A stretch of DNA of 64,000 bases from the NCBI GenBank assembly GCA_016287865.1, contig JAEEXP010000001.1, forward strand, positions 14,503 through 78,502, written 5' to 3'. The DNA is from Bacillales bacterium. Its GTDB lineage: Bacteria; Bacillota_I; Bacilli_A; Izemoplasmatales; UBA1188. Positions 44,868-55,310 of this stretch are shown here, piece after piece. Both the position numbers and the translations under genes were made by a program. The first letter of the stretch is position 1, and every line of letters begins with the position of its first letter. The notes below the pieces were generated by a model that saw only the letters and a list, made by a program, of their open reading frames with translations, searched no databases and was not told the DNA's origin.

Positions 44868-46739
44868 ATGCCAAAGAAACAAAATTATGGCGGAGTAAAA
44901 AAGAGCGATTTAAAGGCTAAAGCTAATGGCGCTAATAATAAAAAAGGTGGAGATAATAACTTCCAAAGAAGACCACAAGCCCCACTACCAAAGCTTCCTT
45001 TAGTATATGTTGATCAAATGACTGTAGCTGATATTGCGTCAGTTACTAAAAGAGGAGTAGCTGATATTATTAAAGCTCTCATGGAAATGGGAATGCTTGC
45101 CAGCCAAAATCAATCTATAGATAGAGATACTGCAGAACTTTTAGCTAATGAACTCGGTATCGAATTCAAAGTTGATGAAACTAAAGACTACACTAACTTT
45201 GAAAATTTAAAATTTGAAGATAATCCTGAAGACTTAGTACCAAGAAGTCCAGTTATTACTATCATGGGTCACGTTGACCATGGTAAAACTACTCTTCTTG
45301 ATACAATCAGAAATACAAGAGTTGTTGATTCTGAATTTGGTGGAATCACTCAAGGTATTGGTGCTTATACAGTTAATAAGGATGGACAATCAATCACATT
45401 TATCGACACTCCGGGACATGCTGCTTTCACTGAAATGAGAGCTCGTGGTGCTCAAGTTACTGATATCGTAGTACTTGTTGTTGCTGCTGATGATGGTGTT
45501 ATGCCACAAACAAGAGAAGCTATTGACCACGCTAAAGCTGCTAACTGTCCAATGGTAGTTGCTGTTAATAAGATTGATAGACCAAACGCCAACCCTGATA
45601 GAGTTAAACAAGAACTCGCTGAATGCGGAGTACTCGCAGATGATTGGGGAGGAGATACACCATTCGTATACATTAGTGCCTTAAGAGGAACTAATGTTGA
45701 AGAATTACTTCAAACTATTTTAACTGTCGCAGAACTTCAAGAATATAAAGCTAATCCAAAACGTGAAGCTAATGGTTTCGTTATTGAATCTAAACTTGAT
45801 AAGACAAAAGGCCCTACAGCTACCCTTCTTGTTAAGAATGGTACTCTTAAGATGGGGGATATTATCGTTTGTGGTGATACATGGGCTAAGATTAGAGCTA
45901 TGTATAATGACCTCAATAAACAAGTTAGAGAAGCTGGACCATCTATGCCAGTATCTGTAGTTGGATTTGTTGATGTGCCAGTTGCTGGTGACCAATTCTT
46001 AGTAGTTAAAGATGAAAGACAAGCTCGTCAAATCTCTGAAACTAGAACTAATAGAACTAAGAATAAGAATCAATCATCTAAGGTTATTAGTCTTGAAGAT
46101 ATGTTTAAGAATCAAGACAGCGATACTAAAGAATTAAAAGTAATTATTAAAGCTGATACATCTGGTTCACAAGAAGCCGTTAAGGGTTCTATTGAAAAGA
46201 TTGATGTTGACGGAATCAAAGTATCTGTAGTTAGATCTTCTGTTGGTCCTGTTACTGAAAATGATGTACTTTTAGCTCAAGCATCAGAAGCTATTATTAT
46301 CGCATTCAATGTTCAAGCTTTAGCGAATACTAAAGACTTTGCTAAATCAAGAGGTATTGAAATTAGATCTTATAATATCATTTATAAGTTAATCGAAGAT
46401 ATTGAAGCTGCTATGAAAGGTATGCTTGCCCCAGTTTATGAAGATAAGACTTGTGGTGAAGCCGAAGTTAGAGAAACATTTAAAGTATCTAAAGTTGGTA
46501 CTATTGCTGGATGTATGGTTACTAACGGTTTCGTTAGAAGAGTATCTAATGTTATGGTCACAAGAGAAGGCAAGACTGTATATACTGGACGTATCGCATC
46601 TTTAAAGAGATTCAAAGATGACGCTAAAGAAGTTAAAGCTGGATATGATTGTGGTATCATGGTTGAAAACTTCAACGATATTAAAGTTGGTGACATTCTG
46701 GTGTTCACTATCACAGAAGAAGTAACTAATGAAGAATAA
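44868..46739 (+). CDS. infB: translation initiation factor IF-2
   Basis: 623 aa. G motifs [20 protein letters not shown] and NKID. Conserved operon position. Confidence 0.95.
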   Translation: MPKKQNYGGVKKSDLKAKANGANNKKGGDNNFQRRPQAPLPKLPLVYVDQMTVADIASVTKRGVADIIKALMEMGMLASQNQSIDRDTAELLANELGIEFKVDETKDYTNFENLKFEDNPEDLVPRSPVITIMGHVDHGKTTLLDTIRNTRVVDSEFGGITQGIGAYTVNKDGQSITFIDTPGHAAFTEMRARGAQVTDIVVLVVAADDGVMPQTREAIDHAKAANCPMVVAVNKIDRPNANPDRVKQELAECGVLADDWGGDTPFVYISALRGTNVEELLQTILTVAELQEYKANPKREANGFVIESKLDKTKGPTATLLVKNGTLKMGDIIVCGDTWAKIRAMYNDLNKQVREAGPSMPVSVVGFVDVPVAGDQFLVVKDERQARQISETRTNRTKNKNQSSKVISLEDMFKNQDSDTKELKVIIKADTSGSQEAVKGSIEKIDVDGIKVSVVRSSVGPVTENDVLLAQASEAIIIAFNVQALANTKDFAKSRGIEIRSYNIIYKLIEDIEAAMKGMLAPVYEDKTCGEAEVRETFKVSKVGTIAGCMVTNGFVRRVSNVMVTREGKTVYTGRIASLKRFKDDAKEVKAGYDCGIMVENFNDIKVGDILVFTITEEVTNEE

Positions 46740-47064
46740 TCACATTTTACGTCTTGAATCAGATATTAAAAGAATTCTATCTGACGTAATCCAAAATGAA
46801 CTTAAAAAAGATGTAGGTCTTCTCACAATCACAGACACAGACCTCACAAATGATTATTCATATTTAACTGTTTATTATACAGTTTTAAACGCACGCGATA
46901 AGAAGAAAGCGAGAGAAGGACTTGAAGATTCTAAAAAGTTCCTTCGCTCATCTATCGCATCACGCGTAACTATGAAAAGAATTCCTGAACTCGTGTTTAA
47001 ATATGATGAAACATATGAAAACGCAAAAAGAATTGAGGAATTACTTGAACAAATAAAAAAATAA
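46729..47064 (+). CDS. rbfA: ribosome-binding factor A
   Basis: 111 aa immediately after infB (11-nt overlap). KH-like RbfA pattern (R...I...I......D......T.T.V..T.D...A.VY). Confidence 0.88.
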   Translation: MKNNHILRLESDIKRILSDVIQNELKKDVGLLTITDTDLTNDYSYLTVYYTVLNARDKKKAREGLEDSKKFLRSSIASRVTMKRIPELVFKYDETYENAKRIEELLEQIKK

Positions 47065-47091
47065 ATGCCAAACACCCTGTTTGGCTTTTAA
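47065..47091 (+). terminator. rho-independent terminator after rbfA
   Basis: GCCAAAC-ACCCT-GTTTGGC hairpin followed by TTTT. Confidence 0.75.
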
Positions 47092-47097
47092 ATTATT

Positions 47098-48864
47098 ATG
47101 AACGATAAAATAAGAGAAAAGCTAAAGACACTCCCAGATAAACCAGGCTCTTATCAAATGTATGATAAGGCTGGACGTATTATATATGTTGGTAAAGCGA
47201 AGAATTTAAAGAATAGAGTTCGCTCTTATTTTGTTGGCGCTCATAATGATAAGACAACTGCTTTAGTTTCAAATATTGAAGACTTCACTTATATCACAAC
47301 TAAGAATGAGACAGAAGCCTTCCTTCTTGAAATAAGTCTCATTAAGGAACACGAACCTTTCTATAATATTGCCTTAACTGATGATAAGACTTATCCATAT
47401 ATTGAGTTCACAAAAGAGAAGAACCCAAAACTAATTATCACAAGACACTTATCTAAAAAGAATAATAGATTCTTTGGCCCATATCCTAACGTAAAAGAAG
47501 CCAGAGATACTATGGAACTATTAAATAAGATATATAAAATTAGAAAGTGTAAAGTTCTCCCAAAGAAACCATGTATCTATTATGAAATAGGTGAATGTGA
47601 CGCCCCATGTATCAATAAGTTTAGCGAAGAATATTATGATAGGATGTACCAAGAAATTAAGTCATTCTTAAATGGCACAGATAAAACTATCATTAATATC
47701 TTAAAAGAAGAAATGGCTATGTATAGCCAAAAGATGGATTTTGAAAACGCCAAGAAAAAGAGAGATTTAATCAACGCTATCGAACACACAATCATTAAAG
47801 AGAATGTAGTATTAAAAGATAAGATTAGCGCTGATGTATATGGCATTAGTTATAATGATGATTATGTATCTATTTCTATTTTATTAATTAGAAATGGAAT
47901 CATAACTCTTCAAAAGAATGAAGTATTTAATTATTACTTTGATCTTGAAGATACTATTACTACATATATCTCTAAATATATTGATTCAAACCTTACTCCA
48001 GAACTAATGTTTGTCTCTAGTGAATATGAAGAATTATTTAAGAGCGTCTTTGCTGATAAGACTGTCTTTGTTCCATCACGTGGTCAAAAGAAAGAATTAT
48101 TAAATATTGCCTTTGATAATGCGAAGATGCAACTAACTAATAAGACTAAGGTTCAAGTAGATAAGAGAAGAAACTCTATTATTGAACTTGGTAAACTCTT
48201 AAATATTGATACTCCATATAGAATTGAATCATATGATAACTCTAATATCTTTGGTGATTCAGCTGTCTCAAGTTGTATTGTTTATGTTGATGGTCATAAG
48301 TCTTTAAAAGACTATCGTAAATATAAGATTAAATGGATTGAAGGAGCCAATGATTACTTCAATATGATTGAAGTCATCACAAGGAGGTATATTAGAACTT
48401 TAAATGATGAAATAAAAAGACCTGATTTAATTCTAATGGATGGTGGAGAAATTCAAGTTAATGCGGCTAAAGAAGCTTTAGCTAATTTAGGAATAGATGA
48501 TATTAAGGTCGCAGGTCTTAAAAAAGACGATTATCATGATACATCACTCCTTGTTTATGAAGGAAAAGAATATGAACTAGATAAACACAGTGATTTATAT
48601 AGATTATTATTTGAAATCCAAGAAGAAGTTCATAGATTTGCGATTAGTTTTCATAGAAACACTAAAACTAAAAACCTATTCCATTCACTTCTTGATGAAG
48701 TAGAAGGAATTGGTAAAACACTAAAAGAAAAGTTACTAAAGAAGTATGTAACTTATGAAAATATGCTTAATGCCAGTGATAAAGAATTAAAAGAATTGGG
48801 ATTAAGTGATAAAATTATAAAGGATTTAAAAGAAAGATTAGAAAGAGAAAGCGAATATGAGTAG
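47098..48864 (+). CDS. uvrC: excinuclease ABC subunit C
   Basis: 588 aa. GIY-YIG N-domain (PGSYQMYDKAGRIIYVGKAKNLKNRVRSY), UVR domain, RNase H-like endonuclease domain and C-terminal HhH. Confidence 0.93.
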   Translation: MNDKIREKLKTLPDKPGSYQMYDKAGRIIYVGKAKNLKNRVRSYFVGAHNDKTTALVSNIEDFTYITTKNETEAFLLEISLIKEHEPFYNIALTDDKTYPYIEFTKEKNPKLIITRHLSKKNNRFFGPYPNVKEARDTMELLNKIYKIRKCKVLPKKPCIYYEIGECDAPCINKFSEEYYDRMYQEIKSFLNGTDKTIINILKEEMAMYSQKMDFENAKKKRDLINAIEHTIIKENVVLKDKISADVYGISYNDDYVSISILLIRNGIITLQKNEVFNYYFDLEDTITTYISKYIDSNLTPELMFVSSEYEELFKSVFADKTVFVPSRGQKKELLNIAFDNAKMQLTNKTKVQVDKRRNSIIELGKLLNIDTPYRIESYDNSNIFGDSAVSSCIVYVDGHKSLKDYRKYKIKWIEGANDYFNMIEVITRRYIRTLNDEIKRPDLILMDGGEIQVNAAKEALANLGIDDIKVAGLKKDDYHDTSLLVYEGKEYELDKHSDLYRLLFEIQEEVHRFAISFHRNTKTKNLFHSLLDEVEGIGKTLKEKLLKKYVTYENMLNASDKELKELGLSDKIIKDLKERLERESEYE

Positions 48865-49753
48865 AGAAATCTATGGATTAATACATGACTATTATCCAAG
48901 AGAAAGAGTTATATCTATTTATAAGAAAGAAAAAATAGAATATTACTATTTCTCAAAATCACTTGAATCATATATAAAAGAAGCCATGGGACACGCTCCC
49001 GCTTTTATCGACGCTAAATGTTCTAACAAACTACGAACTTTAAAACACTATCCAGCTTATGAAATTATAGATGTTAATTCAATATTCTATTCCACAAGAA
49101 GAGGAATAAAAACTATCTATACTCAAGCCTTAAATAGTAAGAATCTAACTGAACCATTAACTTGTAAGAGATTTAAGATGTTTATGGATTTAGAACTTAC
49201 TATGCCAGAGTATAGTGATAGATCGAAATTCTCTCCTGAGATACTTCAGATTGGTTGTGTAATAATTGATGAGAATGATAATCTAGTTAATTATTATGAC
49301 AATTATGTTAAAACCAATAAACCAGTAACTCAAAGAGCTATGAGATTCCTTTCAATTGATGAAACTGATTTAGCTTCATCAATTGATTATAAAGAATTCT
49401 ATAGTGACTTTAAGAGATTGATTGAAATTTATAATCCTTTGGTTATGACTTGGGGAGCTGACAAATCATTTATTGATAGCTCATTTAAACTCCATAATCT
49501 ACCACCACTGAAAGTAGAATATATTGATTTATGTAATATCAATAAAAGATACTTTAAACTTAAAGATGAACTAGGATTATTTAAAGCATTAAATATCTTA
49601 AGTGGAATTAAAGCACATCAAATGCATAACGCTCTAACAGATGCACAAGCAACAAAAGAAGTATATGACTCAATGAAGAAAGTCATAAGTGGTGAATTAA
49701 CAATCAACCTTCAAGCTGAAATCGATAAACTAAAAGAATCTAAAGAAATATAA
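48857..49753 (+). CDS. DEDDh 3'-5' exonuclease (KapD/ERI-1-like) with an uncharacterised N-terminal domain of about 110 aa
   Basis: Exo motifs FMDLELT (DxE), WGADKSFIDS and HNALTDAQAT (Hx4D). ATG overlaps the uvrC 3' end by 8 nt. Confidence 0.65.
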   Translation: MSREIYGLIHDYYPRERVISIYKKEKIEYYYFSKSLESYIKEAMGHAPAFIDAKCSNKLRTLKHYPAYEIIDVNSIFYSTRRGIKTIYTQALNSKNLTEPLTCKRFKMFMDLELTMPEYSDRSKFSPEILQIGCVIIDENDNLVNYYDNYVKTNKPVTQRAMRFLSIDETDLASSIDYKEFYSDFKRLIEIYNPLVMTWGADKSFIDSSFKLHNLPPLKVEYIDLCNINKRYFKLKDELGLFKALNILSGIKAHQMHNALTDAQATKEVYDSMKKVISGELTINLQAEIDKLKESKEI

Positions 49754-49789
49754 AAACGAGAAGATGTCTAAATCCTCTCATTTTTATTA

Positions 49790-51121
49790 TTATGCGATTG
49801 CTTGATCTTCAGTAAATGTAATGGTTAGAGTTTTATATGATGTACCTCTTTTTACATATACATTTATTGATTCATCTTTACTAATTTTAAGTAATACATT
49901 TTCTAAATCGTATTCACTATTTATTGAATATGTTTCACCTTTATATTCAATGTTGATGATTGAATCCCCTACTTCAAGAATTCCATAAGCTACACCTTTT
50001 TCAACTCTTGTAACAGTTATCTCTTGAACGATTGATAAAGTCTTAGTTTCTGTATCATATACAGGACGTGAGTTTTGAATACCGGTTGTAACATTTAGAT
50101 ATACTCTTCTAATAGAAGTAATAGAAGTACCATTACAAGTATTAATTATTTTGTCTGCGATTTCTTTTGCGACATTGATTGGGATGGCATAGCACATTCC
50201 TTCAACTTGTTCATCAACAATCTTAGCATCTACTATTCCAATAAGTTCACCTTGTTCGTTGTATAATCCTCCTCCAGAGTTTCCACCATTAACTGCGGCA
50301 TCAATTCTTATAACTCTTCTATCTGTGACAGTTGATTTATCAGCAAGATACATTGCAATAGTTTCTTCTTTAACTGAAACAATACCGTTTGTAACACTTA
50401 AACCTGAACCCTCTGGGTTACCTACTGCGAGGATTGTTGAACCCACATTTAATTCATCATTATTTCCAAGTGTAACTTCGTGGTATGGATAAGATGAATC
50501 ACTGAATATATTAGATTCAATCTTAAGTACTGCGATATCGTAAAGCATTGAACCACCAATATAAGCAGCTTCAAGTTTATATTGATCATATTCTCTTCCA
50601 TAAAGATATACATAAATAGAATCACTGATTGGACTATTTGCGCCTTTATAGTAAACAACGTGATAGTTAGTTATGATATATGCACTATTTCCATCAATTT
50701 TATAGATAACACCTGAACCAGCTGACTTAGCTTGTTGAGTATAAGTACGGCCAAACATATCTCTAACTGTAACTGTGAATTCCGCAGTAATAGATGCAGT
50801 ACTTGTTAAAGCGTTTTGGGCTACCTCTTCAATATTAGTAGAACCAGCTTCACCTTTTAGTGATGCGATAAATTCTTCTAAAGTTCCACTAAAGAGTCCG
50901 TTTTCTTTAGCTAAATCATAAACATTCTCATAACTATTATCTCTTAGCAGGCTTAATAAATAATCATCAATGCTGCCGCTAAAGCCATTTTTAACTGCTT
51001 CTTCATAAATATTTGTTGCGATAACTTCCTCAGTCTTAGTTGTTTTACTTTCGCATGACGTTAGTGTAAAACACGCTATAACTGCGAGTATACTTATTGT
51101 GATTTTCTTGAATATATTCAT
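49790..51121 (-). CDS. S1C (HtrA/trypsin-like) serine protease lipoprotein with C-terminal PDZ-like domain
   Basis: GAGGTGG RBS before ATG 51121. Lipobox FTLTSCES. Catalytic triad contexts ITNYHVV, YDIAVLKI and GNSGGGLY. Confidence 0.8.
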   Translation of the reverse strand: MNIFKKITISILAVIACFTLTSCESKTTKTEEVIATNIYEEAVKNGFSGSIDDYLLSLLRDNSYENVYDLAKENGLFSGTLEEFIASLKGEAGSTNIEEVAQNALTSTASITAEFTVTVRDMFGRTYTQQAKSAGSGVIYKIDGNSAYIITNYHVVYYKGANSPISDSIYVYLYGREYDQYKLEAAYIGGSMLYDIAVLKIESNIFSDSSYPYHEVTLGNNDELNVGSTILAVGNPEGSGLSVTNGIVSVKEETIAMYLADKSTVTDRRVIRIDAAVNGGNSGGGLYNEQGELIGIVDAKIVDEQVEGMCYAIPINVAKEIADKIINTCNGTSITSIRRVYLNVTTGIQNSRPVYDTETKTLSIVQEITVTRVEKGVAYGILEVGDSIINIEYKGETYSINSEYDLENVLLKISKDESINVYVKRGTSYKTLTITFTEDQAIA

Positions 51122-51241
51122 AATCCACCTCACTTTTAAAGATAATATACATCTAAATTGTGAGAGTTTTATGTTGTTTTGGATTTATTTCACTAAATAT
51201 TCAAAAACCTTTATATAATTATTTGTAGTATAATTATATAT

Positions 51242-51667
51242 ATGAAAAAAGAAATTAGAAGTTTAGAAGAATTAAAAGAATTCGCATATGCATTCGCAAA
51301 GAAACTAAAAGGAAATGAACTTATAGCTTTGAAAGGAGACTTAGGCGCAGGTAAGACTACATTTACTAAATATGTAGGTGAAGCACTTAATATTAGTAAT
51401 GAAATTATCTCTCCTACTTTTAATATTATTAAAGTTTATAAGACAGATTTAGGACCTCTATATCATATAGATGCCTATAGACTTGAAACTATTGGATATG
51501 ATCCTACACTAGATGATTATCTATATGATTATGATTCACTTAGATTTGTGGAATGGTATGAATTTATAATGGATCCTATATTTGATAATGCGATTAAGAT
51601 TGATATTGAAATCAACCTTAAAGAAGGAACTAGAATTTTTAATGTAGAGGGTATGGATAATGTATAG
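51242..51667 (+). CDS. tsaE: tRNA t6A37 biosynthesis ATPase TsaE
   Basis: GDLGAGKTTFTK P-loop, SPTF and HIDAYRL motifs. Confidence 0.9.
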   Translation: MKKEIRSLEELKEFAYAFAKKLKGNELIALKGDLGAGKTTFTKYVGEALNISNEIISPTFNIIKVYKTDLGPLYHIDAYRLETIGYDPTLDDYLYDYDSLRFVEWYEFIMDPIFDNAIKIDIEINLKEGTRIFNVEGMDNV

Positions 51668-52244
51668 ATTATTAATGGATACATCCACAGATTATTATTA
51701 TCTATCTTTAATAAAAGAAGACACTATTATTGATGAAGCTTATGAAAAAGGTTCATCAAATCATAGTGAAACTTTAATGCCTAGACTTGAGGTCATGCTT
51801 AAAGATAATAATATTGGTTTAAAAGATATAAATGAAGTATATGTAGGAATTGGTCCTGGTTCTTATACAGGAGTTAGAATTGCGGTAGTTATCGCTAAGA
51901 TGATTGGCGCAATGAATAATATTCCTGTTTATGAATTCTCAACTTTATCATTAATCGCAAGTGCTTCACTTAGTGAGTCTTTCCCATTAATTGATGCAAG
52001 ACGTGGTAACGCATATTTATCTCATTTTGATAAAGATTTAAATAGACTTATGAATGATGAAGTAGTTTCAATTGAAGAATTCTTTAAAGACAAGAATAAA
52101 GATTTAATTATCACATCTGGAAAACCAGACCCAATTAGACTTATTCATTCAAAAGAAGTTAAGTTGGTAGAAGACATAGATAAATTAAGCCCTAACTACA
52201 TTCAACTCGTTGAAGCTGAACGTATAAGAAGAGGTCTTCAGTGA
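51660..52244 (+). CDS. tsaB: tRNA t6A37 biosynthesis protein TsaB
   Basis: Motifs DTST, GIGPGSYTGVRIAV and DARRG. 194 aa. Confidence 0.88.
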   Translation: MYRLLMDTSTDYYYLSLIKEDTIIDEAYEKGSSNHSETLMPRLEVMLKDNNIGLKDINEVYVGIGPGSYTGVRIAVVIAKMIGAMNNIPVYEFSTLSLIASASLSESFPLIDARRGNAYLSHFDKDLNRLMNDEVVSIEEFFKDKNKDLIITSGKPDPIRLIHSKEVKLVEDIDKLSPNYIQLVEAERIRRGLQ

Positions 52245-52660
52245 CTATAGTTAAACTTAATGATAATGATGAAAGACTTTTAACTGAATTTGAAAACTTA
52301 CTAAAGGATATCAAAAGAATTGAATCTCTAGATTTTAGTTTGAATTCATATTACCTTTTGATTGATAATGAAGGTAAAGTAAAAGGCTATATTTCACTTT
52401 ATCAAGTTTTAGATGAAGTAAATATCTTATATATTTACGTAGATAAAGAATTAAGAGGAAATGGTTATGGTAAAGCTTTATTTAATGAAGCTCTTAAAGG
52501 CATAACTATCAAGAATTATAAAGTATTTTTAGAAGTTAGAGTGTCTAATACTATCGCGCTAAATCTATACACTAAACTTGGATTTAAAGAATACGCAATT
52601 AGAAAAGCGTATTATAGCGACGGAGAAGATGCAATACTTATGGAGATGAAAGTATGTTAA
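52241..52660 (+). CDS. rimI: ribosomal-protein-alanine N-acetyltransferase (GNAT)
   Basis: GNAT acetyl-CoA motif VDKELRGNGYGKALF. Conserved tsaB-rimI-tsaD order. GTG start overlaps the tsaB stop (GTGA). Confidence 0.75.
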   Translation: MTIVKLNDNDERLLTEFENLLKDIKRIESLDFSLNSYYLLIDNEGKVKGYISLYQVLDEVNILYIYVDKELRGNGYGKALFNEALKGITIKNYKVFLEVRVSNTIALNLYTKLGFKEYAIRKAYYSDGEDAILMEMKVC

Positions 52661-53643
52661 TATTATCGTTTGAATCAAGTTGTGATGAAACATCTGTTGC
52701 GGTTACTCGTGATGGAATAGAAGTTTTATCAAATGAAGTATTATCACAAATAGATATATTTAAAGATTATGGAGGAGTAGTTCCTGAAATTTCTTCACGT
52801 GAACACGTTAAAGGAATTACTTTAGTATATAAGAAGGCACTTGAAGATGCACATGTAACTATGGATGATATTGATTATGTCGCAGTTACTTGTGGCCCAG
52901 GTTTAATTGGCTCACTTCTCACAGGTATTAATGCCGCTAAGACTGTCGCATTAAATTATAATAAACCACTTGTGGGTGTTAACCACTTAACTGGACACAT
53001 CTATAGCGCATCAATTGACCATAAAGTAAATTATCCAGCGCTTGCCTTACTTATTTCTGGTGGACACACAGAACTTGTGTATATGGAAAAGGATTATAGC
53101 TTTAAAAAGCTTGGTTCTACATCTGATGATGCAGTGGGAGAAGTGTTTGATAAGGTTGCCCGTATCTTAAATCTTCCATATCCAGGAGGACCACTAGTTG
53201 ATAAACTAGGTAAAGAAGGCGTACCTATTTATAACCTTCCACATCCAATGGCTTATTCAAATGACTATAACTTCAGTTTCTCAGGTCTTAAGAGTGCCAC
53301 AACTAAATTATTATATGATCTTGAAAAAGATAATATTGAATATAAAAGAGAAGATATCGCTAGAAGCTTTGAAGAAGCTGTAGCTTCCACTTTAGAAAGA
53401 AAGGTAAAGAAAGCTTTATCTGAATATAAAGTAAATGAAGTAATAGTGTCTGGAGGTAGCGCAGCTAACTCAGTAATAAGAGCTAAACTATCTAAAGAAT
53501 CACTTGGTGTAGATGTGACATTCCCACTTATGAAATATTGTGGTGATAATGCCGCAATGATTGGAATTAGTGCTTACTATAAAATAAAAGAAGGAGAGAT
53601 AGATGATATGAATCTATCTGCCTCTTCAAGGTTAGACTTATAA
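52654..53643 (+). CDS. tsaD: tRNA N6-adenosine threonylcarbamoyltransferase TsaD
   Basis: Motifs ESSCDETS, NHL.GH, SGGHTE, GGV..N and GDNAAMIG. Confidence 0.93.
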   Translation: MLILSFESSCDETSVAVTRDGIEVLSNEVLSQIDIFKDYGGVVPEISSREHVKGITLVYKKALEDAHVTMDDIDYVAVTCGPGLIGSLLTGINAAKTVALNYNKPLVGVNHLTGHIYSASIDHKVNYPALALLISGGHTELVYMEKDYSFKKLGSTSDDAVGEVFDKVARILNLPYPGGPLVDKLGKEGVPIYNLPHPMAYSNDYNFSFSGLKSATTKLLYDLEKDNIEYKREDIARSFEEAVASTLERKVKKALSEYKVNEVIVSGGSAANSVIRAKLSKESLGVDVTFPLMKYCGDNAAMIGISAYYKIKEGEIDDMNLSASSRLDL

Positions 53644-53644
53644 T

Positions 53645-55204
53645 ATGAACTTAAAGAAAAGAAGCGTAAAAATAACTATATATACATTTATAGCGTTAAT
53701 TATTTCGCTTTTTTTCATATTCTTATCTACTTATGATTTTGTAGGAGATAAGAAAAACGACAAATCATATACTATAGAAAATCTATCTAGTGATTTTGAA
53801 CATCTCTTATACACAGAATTTGATAACTCATTAGATTTTAAAATGTTAAATGTATTTTATGATAATGATTTTATCTTTAAATTCTGTTCAGCTTTAAATA
53901 ATAGAGGAAATGAAAGTAAACTAGATAATGATTATGTTCGACTAGTTAATTATAATTTTAAAGTTAAAAGACAAAACTTTGTTTTAGCTTTACACTTTAA
54001 AAATAAAAAAGGAATCAACTTCCAATTTAAAATCAATATGGTATTTAGCTTTAAAGAAACTGATTCTCAGTTTATTCTTACACTTAAGAGAGCTTCATAT
54101 GGGGCAATACCTATCCCAATCTTTTTCTTAAGAGAAGCATTAAAACCAAAACCTAATAGGACAGTAGGTCGTGCGGTATATGATACTTTATCTAATATTG
54201 GAATTGGAACTTATGACTATAATAATTTAACTTTCACAATAGAAAAGAGTGAACTCACAGATAGCGTAAAAAGAGGTATTATTGGTGATACTATTTATCA
54301 CGATAAAGATATGGTATTTAAAAAGACCGCAAGCATTTATATAGGTGCTATCTTTGAAAACAAACTTGAAACAGTTGAAGCTAATAATGGTGTGAATATG
54401 AGAGTAGATTATACTAAATTACTCTCAAACGACGAAACACTTGAAAGTTTAATTGATGATGAAATCAAAGGTGATGAATATAAAAAGTATATCTCTGAAA
54501 TCCTTTTTGAACATCTCTTAGTAAATGATTATATAGAACTTGATGACCATCATTTAACTTCGCTTTTAAGAGATAAATTATCATCATACTTAAATAAAGA
54601 ATTAGAAGCTAAAAGAGTACTAAACTTCTATATTAATGATGTGATATTCACATATAAAAACGGAGTACTTAATATTACTTTTGGCTATAGAATTAATACT
54701 AAAAAATCTGCGTTATCTATAAACTTCACTAACGTTAATAATTTGTTTAAATTTAAAGATATTTCAATTGGTAAAGATGCATCTGAAGATACTAGTGATT
54801 ATATCTCTATTTATAAGACTTCAGACGTTAACCAAGTGTTATCTTTATTAAGTGATTTAGGAATTGAAGTAGACACAAGAAACAATACCTTAAACCTTAA
54901 CTCAATTATTAATTATGTCTACAACATAAAAGAAATATCATCAACATCTGATTCAATTAAAATTAAATATGAAAACAATGATTATCAAAATGAAATAATA
55001 GATTGTCTTAAATCAAACGAATTCCTTGATTCTCTCTCAGATGAAACAAGAAGTGATTTCTACAACTCATCACTTGAATATATTATAAGTTCATACAATG
55101 ATTTAACTTATCAAGAAAGAGTAGAAATCTTAGATAAGATGATTGAATATTTTGACTTAAGAAAGATAGAAGTTAAAAACTATATTTTAAGTTTAATCAA
55201 ATAA
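53645..55204 (+). CDS. membrane-anchored hypothetical protein (possible YpmS/DUF2140-like N-domain)
   Basis: 519 aa with a single N-terminal TM. LKRASYGAIPIPIFFLREAL resembles the YpmS segment FSLGKLSIPISFVLNYM. Starts 1 nt after the tsaD stop. Confidence 0.35.
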   Translation: MNLKKRSVKITIYTFIALIISLFFIFLSTYDFVGDKKNDKSYTIENLSSDFEHLLYTEFDNSLDFKMLNVFYDNDFIFKFCSALNNRGNESKLDNDYVRLVNYNFKVKRQNFVLALHFKNKKGINFQFKINMVFSFKETDSQFILTLKRASYGAIPIPIFFLREALKPKPNRTVGRAVYDTLSNIGIGTYDYNNLTFTIEKSELTDSVKRGIIGDTIYHDKDMVFKKTASIYIGAIFENKLETVEANNGVNMRVDYTKLLSNDETLESLIDDEIKGDEYKKYISEILFEHLLVNDYIELDDHHLTSLLRDKLSSYLNKELEAKRVLNFYINDVIFTYKNGVLNITFGYRINTKKSALSINFTNVNNLFKFKDISIGKDASEDTSDYISIYKTSDVNQVLSLLSDLGIEVDTRNNTLNLNSIINYVYNIKEISSTSDSIKIKYENNDYQNEIIDCLKSNEFLDSLSDETRSDFYNSSLEYIISSYNDLTYQERVEILDKMIEYFDLRKIEVKNYILSLIK

Positions 55205-55310
55205 TCCCTTAAATAATTTGAAATAATTAACCCTTTGGGGTAAATTATTTATAGTGAATATAAGATAAATTTGAACTTAAGCCTATTCAAATTTATTCTA
55301 GTTGATAAAT

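Noticed and set aside
45390-46714. Several 65-92 aa ORFs on both strands inside infB
   Set aside because: They overlap the conserved IF-2 G domain and C-terminal domains. They are frame shadows only.
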